NCBI GenBank assembly: GCA_040954595.2
Contig: CM082588.2
Span: forward strand, 7,341,947 to 7,405,946
Direction: 5' to 3'
Source of the DNA: Balanoglossus misakiensis
Lineage: Eukaryota > Animalia > Hemichordata
DNA: 64,000 nt
Below the pieces are notes generated by a model. It made no database searches. It saw only the letters and a program-made list of their open reading frames with translations, and was not told the DNA's origin. The position numbers and the translations under genes were made by a program. This document shows, in pieces, positions 10,701 through 19,958 of the stretch. The first letter of the stretch is position 1. Each line of letters opens with the position of its first letter.

Positions 10701-13700
10701 AAATCTTCTGAGGTCTGTGGTTTATGTGGAGAAAAGTGTACAGAACTTGGAGAGATGTTGACTAAACAAGGTAATTACTATTTATGGATGGCAGCATTTG
10801 GCAAGAATTATTTTTCAAGTTGAGTGTTTCTGTGACTGCTTTTGTTTCTAGCTGACAGGCCATGAGTTTAAAGATTTTTTTCATTGGCACTTAAGAATTC
10901 AATCAGAAGAAAAAAATACTGTTGAAAAATTCTCTTTTATGAGAATGCATATCATTTATTGAGCCTTTCTCTGCGTCGTTTGTGAATGTAGATGACAAGA
11001 GCGCAGTTGTTGCCGTGGAGACTGACAGGTCTGTCTATGCCACACGCCAAAACAGAATCGGTTTATCAAAACTACTTGGTGGTTCCGGCACTTTGGAAGC
11101 TGAGATAGATGTTGATGTGGGAGACACACAGACACCAATCGTATTGTTGATAAAAATACAGCGCCCTCTACAGTTGTCTTCGTTGATGGATGAACGGCCA
11201 GAAGTTCTTGGTGTCCTTGGAATCAGACGGTGTTTGATTTTGGATAGCCAACAGTTGTCTTCGATCACCTTACAAGAGGGAGAGACATTCAGATATGATA
11301 GAGAAGGTTAGTGTTCACAAACATTTAGGCAGGGAAGTTGGTCAAACAATACTATATTCAACGAATCAAAACAAATAAGCTTGCTGCTGAAATTTGTTCT
11401 ACAGGGAATGTTTTGGTTTAGTTGGCTGCTTGTTGTAGTATGATTCTAAAGATAGGTCTGTACTATTTTCGCATTGATTTGCACATCGAGCGAAAATTAA
11501 AATAGATAGTGCCCATTTATTTGCATTTCACGACCTCCGACCCAATTGCAAAGGGGGTTACATCATATCAATCATATATATAACATTTTGCTACAATGTT
11601 AAATCACATTTTCATCAGAACTGAAGAGACTTGTCAATCAAAGTGGCGTCAACATCTTGAAAACTGGCACCAAAGAATCGGACAAGATTCTGGCGGAATC
11701 TTTTTCAAAAGAAGGAGCTGCTCGTGTTTTGGAACCAATCTCGACAGACAACTATCTCTCTGTCATCACTTCGCTCTTTAACGAAATCAAGGAGATTAGA
11801 GAACTACTACAATCCAAGAAGATGGAATATACGATCCTTAAGGGGAAAAGTGAAGAAAGTGAGCAGTCACATGAGCTTCTGAAGAAAATGATGGAAAGCA
11901 GTGAAACTCAAAGTTCCAAACTACTCACGACAAATACCAAGCTGAAAGACAACATCCGACAGTTACATCAGACTATCGATGAACTTCAGGAAACAAAAAC
12001 TGCAATTGCGCCACCTGTAGACAAAAACATCGAAGGTAATGCAGTTATCTGCAACATATCCATCCATCCATTATATCATCTCCTCCAAATAAACAAAATA
12101 TGCTCCCAACAAGTTCAATTATAGGCCGTATTTATTTTCTATTACAATCTTGTGTCCAGGAGCAAAAGTGAATTTCCGAGTTCGGTCTGAAAAACTTCCC
12201 CTTCTTTTCCGCAATTGACATTCCTTGCAAAATGATTATACATGGTCCGGCATATTTATTTTACAACTAAATTTTTAGTTTGCGTCACTTTCAACTGATT
12301 TTCCCAAGGGAATATCGTTTCAATAAACTCGATCAATATTGACGCCGGATATTTTGGTTGTTTTAGTTTCTTTTGGGAGACACTTTACGCTCTGGCGCTA
12401 ACTAATATTTCATTCACTCAACTCAACACTCTCACAGAATGTTGGAATACCATAATTAAAAAGCTTTTTTTTTCAATAGACCAATCTCAATTTAAAATTA
12501 AAATCATGAAATCAGTTTATAACCCAAATTGTTTTTACTATTCAATAGAATTTTCGTTTACACACAAACCGGAATTGAAGCATACAGCAAAGTCCTATGA
12601 AGAAATACTGCAGAGATTTCCCTGCCATTTTACCTGGAAACTCGAAGAATTTTGTGACAAGAGTTTTGAGGTGAGGATATTTATTTGCATTATTTGCATT
12701 TGAAGTACAGGTTTGTGAAATTTTAAAGCATTTCATAACAGCTGTATCTGAATTGTTGAAATGTCACGAAAACCAAGGAAATTTTTATTTCTCTCAGATG
12801 TTAATAATGACGCAAATTGAATTATAAAAAGCAACATGCTGAATATCCACTTTTTGCATCATTTAAAGTGTAATATTTAAAAATTTGTCAATCATTAGAG
12901 TTTTCTTCATCAATCACATCTTCTTATTTCATTCCAATCATGCGTCTGATGTTTTCACACACAGGTATTTTATTAATTGGAAGGTGGCTATAAACGATAA
13001 ATCAGTAGCTTAGACGATCTCACGATATTGCGTCATACGACAAGTTCGAGCCTATACCCCACTGACACATAAGGAGATTTCTTTATCTGTTTATGTTTCA
13101 GTAGGGTATAGGCCCGAACATAGCGCGAGCGCTCCTATGACGTGAAATCGGGAGATATTATCGTTTTTAGCTACCTTTATTACAATCAATAAAATACCAA
13201 CATATCATCTGTACAAGCACCTGGGTTTTCACATGACACTGTAACATGCCTTTCCATGTACTGTAGGTCTTACAGAGCAGATTGGACGACAGACTTAAAT
13301 ATCACAACCAGGCGTTCTCTCCAGTTCCCCATAAAGCTATGGAAGGTTACCTGTACGTGTCCAAACTGAGATCAGAAGACAAGAGAGATCCAAGCGCCGC
13401 TTTGAAGTGGTTTGATGACGCCCTCACCGACAACCAGAAAGAACTCGACAGCTGTGATGGTGACGACGATGGTCCACTTGGTGATAAGTTGGTTCTTCTT
13501 GCAGATAAAGCATGGGTTCATTTCATGTCGGGTGAGATGAAAAGAGTTGATGAAACACTGAAGTTGATAGCAACTTTGTCACTTGATAAATTGTCAGGGA
13601 AAGAGAAAGCGTATGTATATGCTCACAAGGGTGTCTCTCTTGCTTATTTTGTCAAGAAAACGTGTGATGAGGGAGTTGATAGCTTTGATCGTGCTTTAGT

Positions 13701-14478
13701 AGAACTTCCAGAACAAACAGATTGGCTGTTTTGGCAAGCACTTGTCCTTTTACAAAAACGTGATCGTGTCTGTATAGATTCAAAATGTAAGGAAGCTTTA
13801 CAAATAATGGCACAAGAAAGAAATTTGCTTGAGAGAGTTCTTAAGAAAAATGCCCATCACAGCTATGCTTTGGCGCTTTTAAGTGACCTGTCACTCAATG
13901 AAGGTCGCTATGAAGAAGCAGGTCAACTCACCCAGAAAGCACTCGAATTAACCCCTTTATCCCATTTCGTGGTGGATTCTGCATATCTTTATTACTGCCA
14001 CAGCAATGTTGGAGACTTCGAAAAAGCACTGCAAGTTATTCACAATGCTGCAGCACAAGATCCAGACAATCCATTTATCGCGTGGAACCTAGGAGTCACA
14101 TACGTGACCAAATACCGACGCAATCCGATAGAAAGCAATCGTCAGTGCCTGTTAAAAGCCATAGAGTGTTTCGACAAAGCAGTTGCATATGCAGGTGGTT
14201 TGTATCCCGACGCTTCTCTCCAGAAGGCCCGTGCCCTCAGATACTTGAAACAGTACAGTGATGCATATGAAATATATACCCATCTGATCAGCACCCTCCG
14301 TGACCCATGTTACATACTATGGGCATGTTATGGTCTTGCCTTGGTTTACCAAGCACAAGATGACTCTGCCAAAGCACTGAAATACCTAAACATAACAGAA
14401 GCCTGTGGTCAGGAGTATTGCTGGGGCAAGCATGCACTGGAGTACAAAGCAAGCTTATCTGAACAGAAAAAGAACTAA
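7792..14478 (+). CDS. Copy 1: GT4-like / TRADD-N-like / coiled-coil / IFIT-like TPR multidomain protein (~1333 aa)
   Basis: Exons 7792-9061, 9327-9521, 10069-10452 (GC donor), 10684-10770, 10992-11306, 11619-12035, 12549-12670, 13267-14478 join in frame (4002 nt). Motifs: DPFGVIGLLSCAAGVP (GT-B); RGSVNVVLTCQTSKSVERLWRDYRQGIL (TRADD-N-like); PCHFTWKL plus TPRs (IFIT-like). An acceptor AG at 7788-7789 implies an upstream exon. Confidence 0.85.
12964..13198. mobile_element. Fold-back MITE in intron 7, shared by all three copies (also ~25197-25433 and ~44512-44747)
   Basis: ggtattttatt...aataaaatacc termini with a nested internal palindrome gttcg(a/g)gcctataccccactgacacataa...ttatgtgtcagtggggtataggcccgaac. 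Confidence 0.7.
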
Positions 14479-16318
14479 TTTAACTTGTAATCAGCAGTAA
14501 AAAAAATAACTAATTAGAAAGTGACGAAATAAATCATTTAGGGATACCAAAAAAGAACGATTTCCTGGGAGCCTCAAGCAAGTTAACCAACTACAGGCCT
14601 CCTGCAAAATAAATGTCATTTCAGGAATTTTGTCTAATATTGTTTGTCCATAGTAATAATATGTTCATCATGAATTTTGTACGTTCCAATCAACCGAAAC
14701 CCACCCTTCAAAGGTTGAAAGTTCACAATAATGTACACGTTCATGTGTGGCTTTGAGTATAGCTGGGGAAAGTGGCTTGGTCAGTCAAATTTGTGAGCAT
14801 ACATCATTTTGAATCAACAATGGAGGGATGTATCGTTACCGTGTGTTTTAAGAATTATTTGTTACAATCTTGTGGTTGCTTATGTCACTTTTCAACCAAT
14901 TACATACACTGCAGTGAAAAGTCTTATTTGAGAAATGTTTCCTGAAATGTTTATTCTGACTGTTAGCAACGTTTTGGAGTTGTCTTGGAAACCGTCAATT
15001 CTAGCTGTCAATGTTTCCAAGCGTTATATATATTATTTACAGTTTGTTATTTGGCTTTCCCTATAACACAGTAAATATTGTGTGTGTGGATATATAAATT
15101 GTGTGTCATATAACCATGTGTGTGCTCTACAGGAGATGAATTTGAATTAGTTTTTGTGTTTGCACTGTTCGTTACTTTTGGATTTATTTCACCAATGTAC
15201 GGAGATAGTTTTCTCTTGTATCAGTTCAGTTGTAGAATGTGTTCAACTGTTGTTGTTGTTTTGTATTTGTTAGAAAGAAGCGTTTGTTTAAACATTGTAC
15301 ATACTTTACTTTGAAAAATTCATTTTAGCAAAATGTAAGAACCAAGAGATGACAAAATGTATCACGAATCATTTGTAAGGAAAGCTGTGTCCAATCTTGT
15401 TGAGTTTGGGTACAGGAGAAAATAGCTCCCTCTGGAGATTCACATACTCTTCTTGTAAGCCCTTACTGTTCTTTGCCAGGTTGTACATTTTTCTATCCAC
15501 ATGCTGTAGACCAACGAACGATCGGTGGTTTACAATTCAGTGAGTTTATTTCGATGGCTGGCGGTAATTGGGATTTTCAAGTTTGAAAAGATAATGACAC
15601 GCAAGTGTAAAGTATTTGATCAGTCATACCCATTGTACCATACTACAAGTATTTGAACATTTCAGATAACTAAAGAATGTGATGTGTGACATATTGAGTT
15701 TTCCGTGTGACACATCATAGCTACCGATCAGCAGTTTTCTTGTGGTGTAAACTATAGTGTCGCAGTACTTATTTGTTGATTGCCTGTTTTGACGACAGTT
15801 TGATATGATTGGTTTTCAGAGTAAATATCTCGATTGTCATTGGTTCATTTTGAGGTTTGGTGCAGTGTGTGTTGTCTTATTTCTTTAGTCGCGTTTATTG
15901 TATTGCAATTTTTTGCATATCAACTTTTATGTTATTCAAGATGTCCAGTTAGGACAACAAACAATAAATGTGATCTTCTGCTATATAGTGATAAAACATT
16001 CAGTGTGATGTATGGCGATTTTGATTACTTTTCTCTTCATATAGCCATGTAATTTTAAAAACAAATAATTAATTTCTGTATCTTTTGTTGTGTAATTTTC
16101 CTAATGTAGAATCTGTATGAATGCATTTTTGCTATTTCACCAATTTAAGCTGACCAGGGGTTGGTATATGTAGGTATATGAGACTCGACAATACAGTAAA
16201 TTTAAACATCTATTTTCATTCCCAACATCTTGTGGCAGCGCGTATAAATGCAAATGATTGTTAATTGATGCAGCCTAAGTGTTTCTGTTTAATTTGTCTA
16301 TGTCAATTAAAGACATAA

Positions 16319-16550
16319 TTAAAGGGACAAAGTCTCTCTCTCGCTGCCCTTTTTTACATTAATTATGTTTGATACAAAACACCGTTTATGTTAATCTAAA
16401 TGTGGTGAATCAACGTTCAACCACACACAACTTCCATCCCGTTTATAGGATATGAGAGTAAAAACCTCACCAAAATGAATAAATGGTAGAGACCGATTAT
16501 TCAATTTGGGAAGATTTTTCACTCTCGTGTCTTCAAGAGGACCACTTAAA
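16319..16550 (+). mobile_element. Partial copy of a TTAA-flanked non-autonomous DNA element (Kolobok-like)
   Basis: Begins ttaaagggacaaagtctctctctcgctgccc; same family at ~47871-48100, ~49270-49550, ~53380-53710 and 63493-63847. Confidence 0.6.
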
Positions 16551-16719
16551 CTAGTCACACGTAATAACTTACGCCAGTATTTGATCTGAGACGTTTCAGA
16601 ACTGTCTTAATGGTGTGTGTGTGACCCACATATATTCTTGTGTGCGTATGAGATAAAAAAACAAAGCAAAACAATACAATCTTCAATTATGATAAAATTT
16701 TATTAGGCAAACATGTCTG

Positions 16720-16939
16720 CTACCTAAGCATAGTCCACATGGCAACTAAAATATTACTTACAAGAATTAAAGTACCACATAATAAAATACAGTTTGCCAG
16801 GAACTGTCTGTCTCTCGACTTTGGAATTGATTTTTGAAAGACGTGTTCGATAAATGCTGTTAATATCCACTGTCCATCCAACGCAAAGCACGGCACAGAG
16901 TTCAACAGCGCGAGAGCTCCTGATAATGAAATGAAATAT
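16720..16939 (-). pseudogene. MBTPS2: Orphan duplicate of the last coding exon of MBTPS2
   Basis: YFISLSGALALLNSVPCFALDGQWIL...WTMLR*; 3 aa differences from 48257-48476; acceptor intact but no upstream MBTPS2 exons in this block. Confidence 0.88.
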
Positions 16940-17005
16940 CTGATGAAAGAATTAAGGATTTTCAACAGGGATTCTTACACGAAGTTAAATTCTCTGTACC
17001 TTAAA

Positions 17006-17270
17006 TAGGGTTTTGCTACCTAGGTGAGTGATAAAAATCTCCTATGGATGACACAATTTCAAGATGGCCGATTTTCGCCATGTTGAAGAAATAGGAGTTC
17101 ATAAGCTGAAGTGATATTCAGTCATTCTGACACTACGTAACAGAAAAAAATAAAAAAATGAACAAAGTTGATTGACTTTAATATGTCAACTACACAGGCA
17201 GAAATGTTTGACCAAAGGAAGTCATGAAATACAGTTAACATGTCATTTTTCAAACTCTTACTACAATGAG
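17006..17270. repeat. Dispersed ~250-bp repeat
   Basis: atagggttttgctacctaggtgagtgataaaaat...caatttcaagatggccgatt also at ~48542-48790 and, inverted, at ~180-243 and ~51925-52162. Confidence 0.65.
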
Positions 17271-19714
17271 CTGTAGGCGACAGCATAAAAAACCACGTCG
17301 CCGTTCCCTACATCTGATTTTAATCAGATTGGACGAAACCATGGTAATAACAGATTTTTATCTAGGTGAGCTTGGTATGAGAGCCGGCGAAGTGCAATAT
17401 ATGTCTTGACTATGGGTGAGAATTCTCTTGGAGTTCGAACAATTTTAAAAGTCTATTTCGGAGATTAACTTTCGGAATTGAACGTTGGTGGCGCTGTCGG
17501 ACAGACGAGGTCACCTCCAGGTTACTTTCTTTGTTTTACCTGTAAAGTTTACAATTCTGTTACTTTTTACGGCCCAAAGAACAATAATAGGAGAAAGGCT
17601 TGATGTGAAGGTGGAGGAAATGGTATAGTCAACGACATTTTTTATCAAAACGAGAAAAGACAATAGATAAAACTTGGCTTAGGCCAATATTATTTTGATG
17701 CTGGTATGGACTGTGATTCCTGATTCCCCATCTCCTACAATTTCCGATTGTTACTTTGTCAATATGAACTGACATACAACAAATTACACTTTGACACCTC
17801 GGTTTGTCCAATTGGAATATATTTGCTGTGTTGTTGATTTACACCAACGTTCAAAGTCCACGTGAGCCTCGGTATGGCAATAACCAAGCACACAAATTTT
17901 CCACCTGTTGTCCGACGACCAAAATGGCGGTGTGACGTTTTATATTCCACAAGACTTGAAAAGGCTGCAGAGACCTGATTATTCGTAACCCAAGCTTAAA
18001 CATTCTTGTAGCCTCTCTGGTTTAAATCTTCGAAGACCATCGTTGAACACCACGGGAGGGTGAAACTCTTCAACAGGTGAGGAATCACGAAAACGCTCGA
18101 CAGAACTTAGTCAAGAGTTAATGAGCTGCTCTTATTTGCATAAACCGAAATTACCATGCCTAGTGACAGGTGCATATACTGAATCAACAGTAAATTTTCA
18201 TTTGCATATACGTACACGATACAGAGCGTAAGATAAAACCTGGTTGAGGGGCGTATATCTGTCACATGACTGAGAGATCGATTTCTGCACGAATTGATTT
18301 TAGCATACAGGCTGTATGCCTTTCAACACATAAGTTAGCGTTTTAAGAATACCGAAGTGATTAATGCAATTCGGTAATCGAAAAAATATTGAAGTGACCG
18401 ATAATATGATCATCAGAACCTTATTAATTGCGTCATTTTCGGTAATTTAGGACGCTGTTTCTGTAAAGTTTTAACATATCACTTCATCATATTAATGTAA
18501 TACGGCGTCTTTTTAAAATCCCCCATAAATCTTGGTGTTGTTGATTAGCCATAATTTAAACTGAAGTGGGTGTGGGCGAGGTTAGGCAAACACCTTATAT
18601 TTCTCCCATTTTGTCTGCGTGCCACTAAGGAGGTGTAAAAGTGGCGCTGACTTCAGACAGAAAACTGCTGGTGTGAATCCGTATAGATCCGCAACAACCT
18701 TAAACTTCTGTCCCGTGTGACTGTGTGTCGGTGTCAAGATTGTGTTTGTGGCCTCACATTTAATCATCGACAACCACTTTTACACCACGTCGGAGCGTAT
18801 AGCAATGTAGATAGTGTCATATTCGATAATTACACGCAGTTGCTCCTAAAATCAATGATGTACCAAAATTAAATTGACCATTGGCAGTCACCTTTACATT
18901 TCAAGAAAGACGAAGTTCGTTCAATGTTGATTTTTATACCAACCAGGTCTTAAATTTCTATATTCGGACAAAGGGCGTATATCGGTCACCTCATATCGAC
19001 TAATGATTTATTGTCCTGCCGTTTTTTCAACTAACAAATGTCCTAGAAAATGGACACTCTAACAGAATGTTCTCTACGCAAAGATGACGTTATTTAGACA
19101 ACCATTGACAATATTTTAGAATGTGTAACAATGACCCATTACTTAACAATGAACGTGACCAATCACAGATTTTCAGTGGTTGCACACGCGGAAAAAGAGC
19201 GCCACCATACGTTCTTTAGAACACTCAAATGCGCCATTTCAGCTATATATGGCGATATGTTAGTTGGAGGTGACCGTATACCTTTCAGGATTGTGACTAA
19301 CATTTTATTGATGCACCGTTGCTGTCTAATGCACGAATCAATTATTGCTGGCTGTACTTTGAACTGTATCCATGACAACCGAGGCTGAAAGGCCCAGAAG
19401 AGTGCGACAACCTCACAAAGTTTCTGGGAGTGTGCCAATTCTGGCGCCGCTATTCCTGCCGTTTCACGTCTCAGTACAGATATGTGGTACATTGGAAAAC
19501 GTTGTACAAACGCTTTACTTAAAACTTATCCAGATTAATGGAAAGTAAAACCTGGTTGTGAAATAACGCCTGGAATGTCAATATTTGAGTTTTTGACCCC
19601 GTTGTATCAAATCAGTTTTCTGAACAGAAACAATATTAGTTCAAAATATCATAGACCCGTATGTACCACCGTTTACCGATAAATTGTGGTAATGACGCTG
19701 TGCTCACATTGTAG

Positions 19715-19793
19715 TAGCCCGGAGACGCGGTCGTTGATCTAGAATCCTTTTCCCCTAGACCAAAGCCCGTGTAAAGCCCGCGTCTCCGGGCTA
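19715..19793. mobile_element. 79-bp micro-MITE with 16-bp TIRs and 9-bp TSD
   Basis: tagcccggagacgcgg...ccgcgtctccgggcta flanked by acattgtag on both sides; the paralogous site upstream of copy 1 (~7627-7635) is empty. Confidence 0.88.
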
Positions 19794-19958
19794 ACATTGT
19801 AGGTAGATGTAGACATTTCGAATGGTAGGTCGCGTTTCATAAAATACATAATGTCTACTGACCGATTTACTCGCATTTTACAGCAAATACCTTTTAGAAA
19901 TACCGGTAGTATAAAAATATCTCTATAAACACGTACCTAATTTTATTCTCAATTAGAA

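Noticed and set aside
7792-14478. OGT-like or bacterial-origin interpretation of GT plus TPR
   Set aside because: OGT has N-terminal TPRs and a C-terminal GT41 domain; here the order is reversed, the GT is GT4-like, the TPR starts with CHFTW, and spliceosomal introns argue against contamination
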